Origin: Patescibacteria group bacterium
Lineage (GTDB): Bacteria > Patescibacteriota > Patescibacteriia > JAHIZJ01
Assembly: GCA_041661625.1 (NCBI GenBank)
Contig: JBAZUB010000004.1
Coordinates: 1-37,930, forward strand
Length of the DNA: 37,930 bases
Reading direction: 5' to 3'
Shown: positions 1-9,061 of the stretch, one piece after another
How positions within the stretch are numbered: the stretch's first letter is position 1
Layout: each line of letters begins with the position of its first letter
Translations under genes and position numbers: made by a program
The notes under the pieces: generated by a model
Databases searched by the model: none
What the model was told of the DNA's origin: nothing
The model's input: the letters and a program-made list of their open reading frames with translations, nothing else

Positions 1-127
1 GAGGATTGGGCGGACGCACCGGAGAACTACAAGATATTAATAGAGCAAATTCGCAATTATCCGCAATCGAAAAAAGATGGACCTGACGCACTTCAGGGCG
101 CTCGAAAGCGGCTTAACAAAAGCGGAG
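1..127. repeat. Terminal direct repeat, an exact copy of 37804..37930. Interpreted as the assembly overlap of a circular or circularly permuted genome
   Basis: Bases 1-127 read identical to 37804-37930. The terL reading frame runs through the repeat and continues into 128..141. Confidence 0.95.
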
Positions 128-141
128 CGCAAATACGATGA
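1..141 (+). CDS. terL: Terminase large subunit, 3' end. This is the wrap-around continuation of 36529..37930, and 1..127 duplicates the window end
   Basis: Frame 1 reads ...EDWADAPENYKILIEQIRNYPQSKKDGPDALQGARKRLNKSGAQIR. The stop TGA at 139-141 overlaps the portal ATG at 138 (ATGA). Confidence 0.85.
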   Translation, partial: EDWADAPENYKILIEQIRNYPQSKKDGPDALQGARKRLNKSGAQIR

Positions 142-2279
142 GACGCAAAACATCCCCCCTAACTAAGCAAGTGGCAGAACTGCGCCGGGAACTGCAGTCT
201 GTCTACAAGGCCAATGAGGCCCGCCACTTTGTAGGCAACCCGTTTAACTACAGCCGTGAAAGCCAGTTCGCGCCCACATCTAAGACTGAAGATTACTTAC
301 AGCTCTATGAGACTTACGCCCATGTCTTTGCTTGTGTTGACGCCATATCCCGCAACTGCGCCAAGCTGCCCCTGCGCCTGTATAAACTGACAACCAGGTC
401 AAGCACTAAGGACCGGCGCGGGGAAGAGATAACCATGGGTGATGTGTGGAACCTGTTCAATCAGCCTAACCCATATTGCAGCGGTTACGGGCTTATCTAT
501 TCGACCGTGGCCTATCTCAAGCTCACGGGAAACGCATATCTTGAGAAGGTGGGGGCTAAGACCATCCGCGAACTCTGGACCCTGCGCCCTGATTGGATGA
601 AGATACGGGCGGACGCTAAGAACCTAATAGCGGGTTATGAGTACACGGTTGACGGGTCAATGATTAAGTACGCGCCCGAGGAAGTCCTGCGCTTCAAGAC
701 CTTCCACCCCCGTTCCGAGATATACGGCATGGCGGTCATGTCTCCGGCACAGCAGAGCATCATTACGGACCTTTACGCGGCCAAGTATTCCAAGCTGTTC
801 TTTAAGCAGGGCGGACACCTTAACTGGTATGTCAGTGTCAAGGAAGAGATGGACAATGAGTCATACAAGCGCATGGAGCAGCAGGCGCGGACCAAGTGGG
901 GCGGCATAGAGAACGCCCATGTCCCGGCCATTCTTGACCAAGGCGCGGAGATTAAGGAACTGGGCGGTAACCCTGATAACAAGGTGCTGCTACCACAGAA
1001 GACCCTTAGCCGCGATGAAGTCTGTGAGGTCTTCGGGGTGCCTGCCCTTATGCTTGGCCTGCCCAATGAGACGCACTACAATAACGCCGAAGCTCAAAAG
1101 GTTTTCTTTTGGGAAGAGACCATTCAGCCATTCATGGGCGAGTTGGTTGCTACCATTAACCGTGACCTGTTATGGCCTATCGGTATTGAGATGGAGGCGG
1201 ATTACTCTAAGGTGAGCGTCCTGCAGCCGGATTATAATACCAAGGCGATGACGGCTAAGACGCTTGTTGATGGCCGCATTATGACGCCCAATGAAGTGCG
1301 GGAAAAGTTTCTTGAGATGGACCCGCTGCCCGGTGGTGATGAGTTCTATGTCCCGCCCACGCCCGCACCTTTCGGCGGCCTTGGTCTTGATGATGAGGAG
1401 ACAGCACAGGACAAGGATGATAAAACAACCGTACCCGCTGCCGTGCCTACAGAGAAGCCCGTTGAAAAGGCCAAGCGCAAGCCCCGCAAGCCACGCGAGG
1501 AAATGGCTAAGGCCATCGTTAATCACCGGGCCACTGTTGCCGCCTATGCCTATGACGCTATCTATCAGGTTATTGATAAGGCTTATGTGGCCTATGCGGA
1601 CGCGGTTCACGGCGTGATTGGAACCAATGTTAAGAAGGTTGCCTTTATCAAGTTAGACCTTGTAACAGAGGCCATCGCATCCCTTGACCCCGTTACCATG
1701 AAGCTGGCCGAAGACCTGCTAAAGGTTGAAAATGGCTTGCTTGATAAGATTATCAGGGCCGAATACCAACGAGTCAAAGACTTCGCACCTGAAAAGGCTA
1801 TTGCCGCTGATATTGAAAGCCAGGTATCCAAGCACCTAGACCGCATCGTTAAGGCCAGCGTTAAGGCCGTGAGCGAGACGGTTATCGACCGGGTTACAAA
1901 GCACCTTGAGGATGGCATAGCATCCGGTCAGACCGCCGCTGAACTAGGCCGGGATATTCAGGACTTGCTTGGCAAGGACACGGCGCAGGCGCAGACCATA
2001 GCGCGGACTGAGACCCTGAAGTATACAGAGACTAGCCGGTATGAAACCCTTACCGCGATGGGGTTTGAGGAGAAGGAATGGATACATTCAGAGCATAGCA
2101 ACGCCCGCCCCGGTCATGAAGCCCTTAACGGAACGGTGGTTAAGCTAGGCGAATACTTTGTAGACCCCGTGACCGGTGATAAGCTCATGTTCCCCGGTGA
2201 CCCTAACGCGCCCGTAGGGGCCGTTGCAAATTGTGGGTGCACCTTCGTTGAATACGTCAAGGAAGCGGTGGAGGAATAA
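138..2279 (+). CDS. Portal protein fused to a C-terminal Mu F / SPP1 gp7-type head-morphogenesis domain
   Basis: A 713-aa ORF lies directly after terL. Its N-terminal part is portal-like (LYAAKYSKLFFKQGGHLNWYVSV...). The last ~120 aa carry the MuF-type pattern ARTETLKYTE..WIHSEHSNARPGHEALNG..FPGDPNAP..NCGCTF. Both families were recalled, not searched. Confidence 0.85.
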   Translation: MRRKTSPLTKQVAELRRELQSVYKANEARHFVGNPFNYSRESQFAPTSKTEDYLQLYETYAHVFACVDAISRNCAKLPLRLYKLTTRSSTKDRRGEEITMGDVWNLFNQPNPYCSGYGLIYSTVAYLKLTGNAYLEKVGAKTIRELWTLRPDWMKIRADAKNLIAGYEYTVDGSMIKYAPEEVLRFKTFHPRSEIYGMAVMSPAQQSIITDLYAAKYSKLFFKQGGHLNWYVSVKEEMDNESYKRMEQQARTKWGGIENAHVPAILDQGAEIKELGGNPDNKVLLPQKTLSRDEVCEVFGVPALMLGLPNETHYNNAEAQKVFFWEETIQPFMGELVATINRDLLWPIGIEMEADYSKVSVLQPDYNTKAMTAKTLVDGRIMTPNEVREKFLEMDPLPGGDEFYVPPTPAPFGGLGLDDEETAQDKDDKTTVPAAVPTEKPVEKAKRKPRKPREEMAKAIVNHRATVAAYAYDAIYQVIDKAYVAYADAVHGVIGTNVKKVAFIKLDLVTEAIASLDPVTMKLAEDLLKVENGLLDKIIRAEYQRVKDFAPEKAIAADIESQVSKHLDRIVKASVKAVSETVIDRVTKHLEDGIASGQTAAELGRDIQDLLGKDTAQAQTIARTETLKYTETSRYETLTAMGFEEKEWIHSEHSNARPGHEALNGTVVKLGEYFVDPVTGDKLMFPGDPNAPVGAVANCGCTFVEYVKEAVEE

Positions 2280-3280
2280 TGAAAACCCTAATCGCCAAAT
2301 ATGCCGCGCTCCTTGACGCGCCTATCACGCCCGAGGCTATGCTTGAACTCAAGGCAACCCGTGACACCCTGGCTTCAGACAAGGGCGTGGTCCTGACCAA
2401 GTTTGAAAACCCCCGGCTCCATTTCCTTGATGGGCGTGTGTCATGGGCTGATATCGCGCCTGCCGTTGATAGCAAGGTTGAGGTCAATCTGGTTGTCATG
2501 GATAAGGAAACTATCCCGGCCATCAAGGGCTTCAAGAAGTATGTCCTTGGCTATGCCGTTGATAGCACTAAACCATTTGAAGGCGATAACATCGAGGCGC
2601 TTGTTACAACCATCATACCCGATACGGACTACAAGGTCGGTTCTATACTGGCCGTAAAGACAGGGGGCGTTAGACCTATAAGGGCTGACGGCCACTTTAA
2701 GGTTGAGATTGACCCGCCCCTAACCTTCACGGCCAAGAAAGATAAACTCAACTGCGCTAAGGAAATCATCCGCAAGGCGTTCAAGGCCGAGGCGCTTGAG
2801 ATGGATAAGGCGATGGCCGTTGACTTGTGCGTGTCCAAGGTGCTTAAGTTCGACCTCGATGCGTATTATGGGGTAGGCGTGGACAAGGCCGTGAAGTTCT
2901 GCAAGGCTATGGACTTCATGAAAGAGGGGATTGTTTACGGCATAGTCTACCCTGTGAATGAAGTTGATACGGACGGTGACTATGCTACACCCGAAGAGGT
3001 ACAAAAGGCTGCATGGCGTTTCATGGAGGATTTCCAAGCCTTCAACTTCATGCACTCTGAACCTCTCACAGCCCAGGATGTCACACTAGTTGAAAGCGCC
3101 ACGGCGATGGCTGATATCAAAGACCTTGGCATTAAGAAGGGAGATTGGTATATCGCCGTCCGCGTGCGTAATGATGAACTCAAGGACAAGATTTTAAAGG
3201 GTGAGATTACCGGCTTCAGCATGGAGGGCAGCGCGCAGCCCGGTAAACCAATCCCTGAACTTGAAAGGATGAAACAATGA
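2279..3280 (+). CDS. Prohead protease candidate with an XkdF-like serine protease domain in the C-terminal half
   Basis: 333 aa. The motif GIVYPVNEVDTDGDYATPEEVQKAAWRFMEDF...ITGFSMEGSA resembles the XkdF family. The gene sits between the portal and scaffold/capsid genes, with a TAATG overlap with the portal stop. Confidence 0.6.
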   Translation: MKTLIAKYAALLDAPITPEAMLELKATRDTLASDKGVVLTKFENPRLHFLDGRVSWADIAPAVDSKVEVNLVVMDKETIPAIKGFKKYVLGYAVDSTKPFEGDNIEALVTTIIPDTDYKVGSILAVKTGGVRPIRADGHFKVEIDPPLTFTAKKDKLNCAKEIIRKAFKAEALEMDKAMAVDLCVSKVLKFDLDAYYGVGVDKAVKFCKAMDFMKEGIVYGIVYPVNEVDTDGDYATPEEVQKAAWRFMEDFQAFNFMHSEPLTAQDVTLVESATAMADIKDLGIKKGDWYIAVRVRNDELKDKILKGEITGFSMEGSAQPGKPIPELERMKQ

Positions 3281-3597
3281 AACCTTATCCCAATTATAAG
3301 GGCAATAACTTAACGGACATAGTGCCGCGAAAGATTGCGCTTGTGACAGAGGGAGCTAATAAAAAGAAGTTCTGTTTGTTTAAACTCAAAGAAAAAGGAA
3401 ATCCCACAATGGAAAAGACCGAACTGGATACCATCGTATCCGAAGTGGTCAAGGCCATTCAGCCCATGCTGACCGACCTTACCGCAAAGACCGACGCCAT
3501 CGCTAAGATGGTCAAACCCGAAGACAAAGACCCCGAACTCACCGATGAGCAGGTTAAGGCACAGGTTGCCGCCGCTCTTGCCAAGGAAGGAAACTAA
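3277..3597 (+). CDS. Scaffolding-like protein
   Basis: 106 aa, charged and helical (..ELDTIVSEVVKAIQPMLTDLTAKTDAIAKMVKPEDKDPELTDEQVKAQVAAALAKEGN). It lies immediately upstream of the capsid gene and has an ATGA overlap with the protease gene. Confidence 0.5.
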   Translation: MKPYPNYKGNNLTDIVPRKIALVTEGANKKKFCLFKLKEKGNPTMEKTELDTIVSEVVKAIQPMLTDLTAKTDAIAKMVKPEDKDPELTDEQVKAQVAAALAKEGN

Positions 3598-3598
3598 C

Positions 3599-4822
3599 AT
3601 GAAACAGTCCGAACTCAACAAAATGCTTGAGGGTATCTCTACCCGTAAGGCTCGCTTTTCAGTGGGCGAAAATCGCGGTCCTGAGACCATGACCGAACTG
3701 CATAAGGGCAGCGTCACGGGTGAAGACCGCTATGCTCGCGCCATCAAAAAAATTCAGGTTGACAGCGATAAGCTGCTCCTGACTTCCAAGTCTACCGGCA
3801 TCCCGGTTGAGAAGCTGAACGCGTATGCAGGTTTCAAGCGCTTCATCGAGGATGATAGTGAACTTAAGAAGGTCATGACTGACACCACCCAGTCCAACTG
3901 GATTCCCTCCAATTTCAGCGCGGATTTCGTTGATGCTGTCGGCCTTGAACTCAAGGTAGCGGCCCTGTTCCCTGAGGTTCAAATGACCTCTCCGACTCAG
4001 TACTTCAGCATCAAGACTGATTTCAGCACGGCCTATACCAAGACTGAAGGTTCTGACGCGACTGCTTCACCGAACATTACGGACCAGAAAGGCACCCTCA
4101 CGGCTAAGGTTATCGCGGTCTATCAGACCATCAGCGATGAGCTTGACCAGGACGCGGCCTTTGCTCAGGCTCCCATGCTGCGCAATGACTGCATCACGGC
4201 CATCGGGCGCGGTATCGAGAACGCCATTATCAACGGTGACTCTTCGACTACCCACCTTGACACGGATGTTACGCTGGCCTACGATGTGCGCCATGCCTGG
4301 CAGGGCTTGCGGCGTTATGCTTACGCTAACTCCCTGACCACCGACCTGTCCACCTTCAACGCTGACACCGTGACAGCCCTCCTGGGCAGCATGGGCGTTT
4401 ATGGCGCGGACCCTTCACAGATTGCCGTTATCGTTGGTACGGGTGGCCGTATCAAGCTGCTGAACCTCAAGGACAACCAGAATAACCGCGTTTACCTTGA
4501 GTACGGTACGCCCGGCGCTATGAATGTGGCAATGGTTCCCGGTGGTGTCGGCAAACTGGCCGGTTGCGATGTGTTGGTTTCCGAGTTCTGCCGCGAGAAC
4601 CTGAACGCGTCAGGCTTCTATGACAGCACCGTGGCTACCAAGAAGTCGCTCCTGTTCGTTCGTAAGGATGGATGGGTTCGTGGCATGAGCCGGAACATGA
4701 CGGTTGAAACCGACCGTGATATCGTTGCGCAGTATACCAAGCTGGTGGTTTCCACCCGCATGGCTTTCGCGCCCCGTTATTACACCGGCGAAACCACCAC
4801 TTGGCTCGGATACAACATCTAA
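3599..4822 (+). CDS. Major capsid protein (HK97-fold type)
   Basis: 407 aa from ATG 3599, which follows AAGGAAGG one nucleotide after the scaffold stop. The track start at 3545 overlaps the scaffold gene. The call rests on capsid-like length, position and the C-terminal pattern GGVGKLAGCDVLVSEF. Confidence 0.8.
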   Translation: MKQSELNKMLEGISTRKARFSVGENRGPETMTELHKGSVTGEDRYARAIKKIQVDSDKLLLTSKSTGIPVEKLNAYAGFKRFIEDDSELKKVMTDTTQSNWIPSNFSADFVDAVGLELKVAALFPEVQMTSPTQYFSIKTDFSTAYTKTEGSDATASPNITDQKGTLTAKVIAVYQTISDELDQDAAFAQAPMLRNDCITAIGRGIENAIINGDSSTTHLDTDVTLAYDVRHAWQGLRRYAYANSLTTDLSTFNADTVTALLGSMGVYGADPSQIAVIVGTGGRIKLLNLKDNQNNRVYLEYGTPGAMNVAMVPGGVGKLAGCDVLVSEFCRENLNASGFYDSTVATKKSLLFVRKDGWVRGMSRNMTVETDRDIVAQYTKLVVSTRMAFAPRYYTGETTTWLGYNI

Positions 4823-4842
4823 GGAGACATCCCTAACCTCGG

Positions 4843-4869
4843 ATAGGGGGGAAGTAACTAACCCCCTAT
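4843..4869 (+). terminator. Stem-loop downstream of the capsid gene, a possible partial terminator
   Basis: ATAGGGGG (4843-4850) pairs with CCCCCTAT (4862-4869) around an 11-nt loop. The following tract TACTTTACC is only weakly T-rich. Confidence 0.3.
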
Positions 4870-4878
4870 TACTTTACC

Positions 4879-5700
4879 ATGATACAAGGCGTGATGATAT
4901 TCTACGATGACGGCCCGGAACTCTTAGAGAGGGCGCTTACCTCTTTAAAGAAGGTGACTGACCGGGTGTTAGCCGTGGACGGGGCATATAGGGAATTTCC
5001 GCATAAGGATTTTCTTAGCAAGAAAGAGAACCGCAAGATAGCCAAGGCGCTTGCCGATGAAGTTATCACACCTGATAAGGAGTGGTATGATGAGCCGACA
5101 AAAAGAAACGCATACCTCACGCTCAAAAGCGAAAAAGACTACTACCTCATGCTCGACGCGGATGAAGAAATTATTGGGCGAAAGCCTGAACGATGCGTGC
5201 ATCCGTGCTACAGGGTTTCGCTATCTACATTCCGTAGCGAACAATGGCTACCCGCTTACTACAACCGGCTCTTCAGGCATCACGAAGGGATGCGTTACCA
5301 CCTCACCCATAACAACCTCGTCACGCCCGCAGGCATAGCGCTTGCCCTGCCGGATAGCCATATCCCTATCTGTGAGGATGTGACTATTAAGCATTACCCC
5401 GGCGAAAGGTCAAATGAGCGGCAGGCGGAAGACGCGGTATTTGAGGGGCGCAAAGAAGAGCGCCTGATAGTCCTGCCGGTCATGCAGGCAACGCCTGACA
5501 GCACAGTCAAGGGTACGCCCATGCAGGTTAGATACATAGCCGCTGCGCCCTATCGCGGATTTGATGACGTTAACGGGCAGTCGGTTAACCTGAACTGCCG
5601 ACAGGGTGACTTAGTTTATATCAGCCGCGAGAAGTGGGCGCAATTACAGGCAGATTTCAAGGGGTCATGGGTGCTTATCAAGGAGATAGACAATGGCTGA
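4879..5700 (+). CDS. GT-A/GT2-like glycosyltransferase with a ~55-aa C-terminal domain shared with the 18090..19670 protein
   Basis: The N-terminus VMIFYDDGPELLERALTSLKKVTDRVLAVDG and the DxD-type motif YYLMLDADEEIIG support the GT call. The C-terminal VRYIAAAPYRGFDDVNG..ISREKWAQLQAD aligns with LRYIGEKVYRGFDDNG..VTREKARQLLQD. An alternative start is ATG 4894. Confidence 0.65.
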   Translation: MIQGVMIFYDDGPELLERALTSLKKVTDRVLAVDGAYREFPHKDFLSKKENRKIAKALADEVITPDKEWYDEPTKRNAYLTLKSEKDYYLMLDADEEIIGRKPERCVHPCYRVSLSTFRSEQWLPAYYNRLFRHHEGMRYHLTHNNLVTPAGIALALPDSHIPICEDVTIKHYPGERSNERQAEDAVFEGRKEERLIVLPVMQATPDSTVKGTPMQVRYIAAAPYRGFDDVNGQSVNLNCRQGDLVYISREKWAQLQADFKGSWVLIKEIDNG

Positions 5701-6274
5701 ATTTGTTAGCCTGGCCTCAATCAATGCAACCAGTATTCAGACCTATCTGAATGATACCACTATCAGCGCAGACCTGATTAATGCTCACCTGTTAGGGGCG
5801 CGGTCATTTGTTGAGGAATATTGCAGGCATGATTTTCTGTCCACCACACGGACGGCAGAGAAGCCCCTGATTGATAAGAATACATCGGTATTCTACCTTA
5901 AGAACTGGCCGGTTGCAAGCATTACCTCGCTTGTTGAAAACGGCAATACCCTTGTGGAGGATACGGACTTTTACATTGACAAAGACACTGGCAGGGTTGA
6001 GAAGATAGCGTCTACCGATATCCTTAACCCTGACCGTGATGTCTCCTATTGGTCCACGGAGCGGGCGGCGGTGGTGGTTACCTATGTAGGCGGGGAAGCC
6101 ATTACCGATGACGTTATCATGGCCGTTAAAGAGATAGCGGCTATCAGGGCAGGCGTCAAGCGGCGGACCTATACGGACGGCGAAGGCGTTGAGCGGGCCA
6201 CCACCATGAACAGCATCCCGAAGGACATCATGGATGTGCTTAACCGGCACAGGCACAGGCAGTATATTTTATGA
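5693..6274 (+). CDS. Head-tail connector (gp6-like adaptor)
   Basis: 193 aa. The N-terminal pattern ..TYLNDTTISADLINAHLLGARSFVEEYCRHDF is typical of gp6-type connectors, and the gene is in the expected synteny after the capsid. Confidence 0.55.
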   Translation: MAEFVSLASINATSIQTYLNDTTISADLINAHLLGARSFVEEYCRHDFLSTTRTAEKPLIDKNTSVFYLKNWPVASITSLVENGNTLVEDTDFYIDKDTGRVEKIASTDILNPDRDVSYWSTERAAVVVTYVGGEAITDDVIMAVKEIAAIRAGVKRRTYTDGEGVERATTMNSIPKDIMDVLNRHRHRQYIL

Positions 6275-6750
6275 TTGAAGTAAAAGTCATTCCTGACCCT
6301 GCCTTTCTTGACCTTGCCGAAAGGCTTAAGGTGGGCTTACTGCCCGTTATCGACAAGGAGACGCGCCTTACTACTGGCTATGCCAAGCGATTGATAATCA
6401 GGTCAACGGCTAGAGGCAGGACCGGACTAACGCAGGGCATGTGGAAAACAGAGAAGATAACCGAAGGCGTTTACAGGATATACAACCTGTTCAAGCACGT
6501 TGCTTTCCTTGAATACGGAACCGGCATCTATGGCCCCTTCAAGCGGTGGATTAGACCTAAGACGGCCATGTTCTTGCACTTCCCGATATGGTCGGCTAAT
6601 ACAATCACCGGATGGGTGCGGACGCTCAAGGTTGCCGGTATGCCTAAGCAACCCATGATTGCACCTAATAAGGATAAGATTATCAATGACCTTCGCATCC
6701 GCATATCCAACGCCATCAAGCGGCTGACCGCTGCGACAGGTGGTAAATAA
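6271..6750 (+). CDS. HK97 gp10-like head-tail joining / tail component
   Basis: 159 aa with the ..HVAFLEYGTGIYGP.. pattern recalled from the gp10 family. It has an ATGA-type overlap with the upstream gene. Confidence 0.5.
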   Translation: MIEVKVIPDPAFLDLAERLKVGLLPVIDKETRLTTGYAKRLIIRSTARGRTGLTQGMWKTEKITEGVYRIYNLFKHVAFLEYGTGIYGPFKRWIRPKTAMFLHFPIWSANTITGWVRTLKVAGMPKQPMIAPNKDKIINDLRIRISNAIKRLTAATGGK

Positions 6751-6786
6751 TGGCCCTTGACCGCGTTGCAGCAATAAGGAGGTTTC

Positions 6787-7116
6787 ATGGCTGATTTCGA
6801 TTATACCGGCGCTCGCAAACAGGCCGCATATCTGACCGCCCTTTGTGACGCTCACGATGCCGTTGTCGCCGGAAAAGCCTTGAAAGAGGACGAACCGAAG
6901 GAAACGCTTGAGGCGCAGAAAATCTCCGCTTCAAATATCGCCCTTGCCGGTTCATCCGCAAAGGCTGAAATCCTCGGCACACTGTCCGCCGCCCCCTCAA
7001 TGAAAACAGATGACCTCGTGAAAATCGGCATGGAGACGAAATACGCGGAGGCCGTCATGATTGAGGCCGCAACAATTCGCGCCGATGCTCTCGCACTACG
7101 GGAGGTTAAACCGTAA
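6787..7116 (+). CDS. Hypothetical neck/structural protein
   Basis: 109-aa ORF with a strong RBS (AAGGAGG at 6776-6782) and a position inside the structural block. Confidence 0.5.
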   Translation: MADFDYTGARKQAAYLTALCDAHDAVVAGKALKEDEPKETLEAQKISASNIALAGSSAKAEILGTLSAAPSMKTDDLVKIGMETKYAEAVMIEAATIRADALALREVKP

Positions 7117-9038
7117 TGCAACTGCCCTTTGTCGCCGGGACGCTCTCGGACGCGAGCAAGCTTAAATGGTCAAATGTTGACCAAGCTCTCGCGGAACTGG
7201 CGTATCAATTAATTCTGTCAGATGATTTCCCTAATCTCAATAACTGGACAGAGGTTGATGCCGGAACAAATGTGAACCTGTCCGGTGGTGTCGTTACCAT
7301 GAACGGGTCGAACTCATATAACACAAACGGCATTTCGCTGACAACTGGGCTTGCAATGACTCGTGGATATATCGAATGCAAGATGGCGATTGCTGGCTCC
7401 GTAGCAATCGGAAGCATCTTCCAATTGAACGGCAACAGCGGACTCGCGGCTGCATCGGGCTACGGTGCGAGGCTTGCAACCACCCTTGTAAATGGCTTGT
7501 CCGGGACATCTGCGGTTGGCGCAAGGTCAACGGCCTATGCAACATTTTACACGGTTCGCGTCTATATAGAACCGGACGAAAACGGAACTGCTCGATCAAA
7601 AATAACTACTACAATTCAAGGTGGTGACTTCACAGCAGAAACAGAACTTGCCTGTTTTTCCCTTTCTTCCCCCGGTTCGGCAACACCTTATGCCTCAATG
7701 CAGAGATACTCAACGGATGCCGACCTTTCATCGTTTAAGGAATTTCGCGCTTACGCTGGCTATGCCACGGACGGGCCGACAGTCGAATATGTCCACGATG
7801 CGGGGGCCGGAAAGACTTATGACAATCTCGACTTCACAGATTTCGCCATGCCGGGAAGCGTCACCTCAACCAATCTGAAATTCGCTTATTCGTTCGACGC
7901 CGGAACCGCGTCATATTCGGCATACTACGGGATAGATCAGCTCAAAGCGCTCGGAAAAATCACGGGCCGTTATCGGTATATTCGCATCAAGGTACAGGTC
8001 AACTCAGACGGCGCAACGCAGCAATACGCAGCGGAACCAAACGCGGCAACGGCTACGGACGGCATTGGAGATTTCCCGGCGCTTGATAGTGTTTGGAGTG
8101 GTGACACGGTTCAAGGGGCGACAGGGACAGAAGACCAGCCCGCTTTATCAAATGTCCTGCCCGTGGATACCTTGCGCGGGGCGGCGGGTACATCCGACAA
8201 GCTCTATAGCGCGGCGGAAGAGGCAGCGAGGAATACCGGCGCGGCGGTCGGTATCATCAAGGCCGGTGAGACTATCAAGCAAATTAACATTGATTACCTT
8301 GGTACATACGCGGGCGGGGGCGCAGTCCTTCCCGGTGTCCCGGCCCTTGGTACTCCCACGGCTTTATCTTCAACGTCCCTGCGCGTTTACTTTACGTGGT
8401 CATCGGATGCACAGAAGATATACCTTGAGCGCTCAACGGATGGCGTGACCTACGGCTCGGCAGTAGAGATGGCGGCGGGCGCGTATTACTACGATGATAC
8501 CGGCCTGACAGCCGGAACCGCTTACACCTACCGGGCGCGGGCGTGGAATACTACCGGATACTCGGCCTATTCTACCACGGTTCAGGGTACAACCAGGGCA
8601 ACCAACGGCACAGAGCAGGCCCTATGGTCCACCTTCAAGACCAAGATGCAGGCCGACAGTTACCTTGCGGCTTACATCGGCGCGTGGAAGTTTGACCGCG
8701 AAGAGAAGCAGCTAACCGGCCTGACATACCCAATCTTCAAGGCTTGGATTGCAAGCACCCGCGAGGAATGGATAGCCGTACCGAAGCGCAAGTCAGTGGT
8801 GGTCCGAATTGTAGTTCATGGCCTAGTTAGGGCCGCAACCCAGGCGCTTCTTGAGGCTGAGAAGCTCAAGATGGATGAGTATATCAAGAACGCGGTAGAG
8901 GCCGACATGACCTTTAATGACGGAACTACTATGAACATTGTAGGCGATACCATGTTCAGCAACCTGTCTGATAACGAAGCGGAGATTTTCGTTGAGGTCG
9001 ATTTAATGTCCCTGATATTCACAGCAGGCGCTAGATAA
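7116..9038 (+). CDS. Multidomain structural protein: ConA/LamG-like N-terminal region, FN3 domain, and a C-terminal ~130 aa resembling a tail-terminator/neck module
   Basis: 640 aa. The FN3-like stretch LSSTSLRVYFTWSSDAQKIYLERSTDGVTYG..TAYTYRARAWNTTGYSAYS lies at ~8330-8600. The N-terminal part is jelly-roll-like (NLNNWTEVDAGTNVNLSGGVVTMNG..GYIECKM). The gene occupies the slot immediately upstream of the major tail gene. Confidence 0.5.
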   Translation: MQLPFVAGTLSDASKLKWSNVDQALAELAYQLILSDDFPNLNNWTEVDAGTNVNLSGGVVTMNGSNSYNTNGISLTTGLAMTRGYIECKMAIAGSVAIGSIFQLNGNSGLAAASGYGARLATTLVNGLSGTSAVGARSTAYATFYTVRVYIEPDENGTARSKITTTIQGGDFTAETELACFSLSSPGSATPYASMQRYSTDADLSSFKEFRAYAGYATDGPTVEYVHDAGAGKTYDNLDFTDFAMPGSVTSTNLKFAYSFDAGTASYSAYYGIDQLKALGKITGRYRYIRIKVQVNSDGATQQYAAEPNAATATDGIGDFPALDSVWSGDTVQGATGTEDQPALSNVLPVDTLRGAAGTSDKLYSAAEEAARNTGAAVGIIKAGETIKQINIDYLGTYAGGGAVLPGVPALGTPTALSSTSLRVYFTWSSDAQKIYLERSTDGVTYGSAVEMAAGAYYYDDTGLTAGTAYTYRARAWNTTGYSAYSTTVQGTTRATNGTEQALWSTFKTKMQADSYLAAYIGAWKFDREEKQLTGLTYPIFKAWIASTREEWIAVPKRKSVVVRIVVHGLVRAATQALLEAEKLKMDEYIKNAVEADMTFNDGTTMNIVGDTMFSNLSDNEAEIFVEVDLMSLIFTAGAR

Positions 9039-9061
9039 TAACCTATTAAAAGGAGTTTCAG

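Noticed and set aside
1-127. The terminal repeat could be read as a biological direct terminal repeat, an LTR or a mobile-element end
   Set aside because: It is exact, it lies inside the terL ORF, and its length fits an assembler k-mer overlap. It is treated as a circularisation artefact until read-start data say otherwise.
3545-3598. Upstream start (3545) for the capsid ORF, as given in the ORF track
   Set aside because: It would overlap the scaffold gene by 53 nt. ATG 3599 follows AAGGAAGG and lies 1 nt after the scaffold stop.
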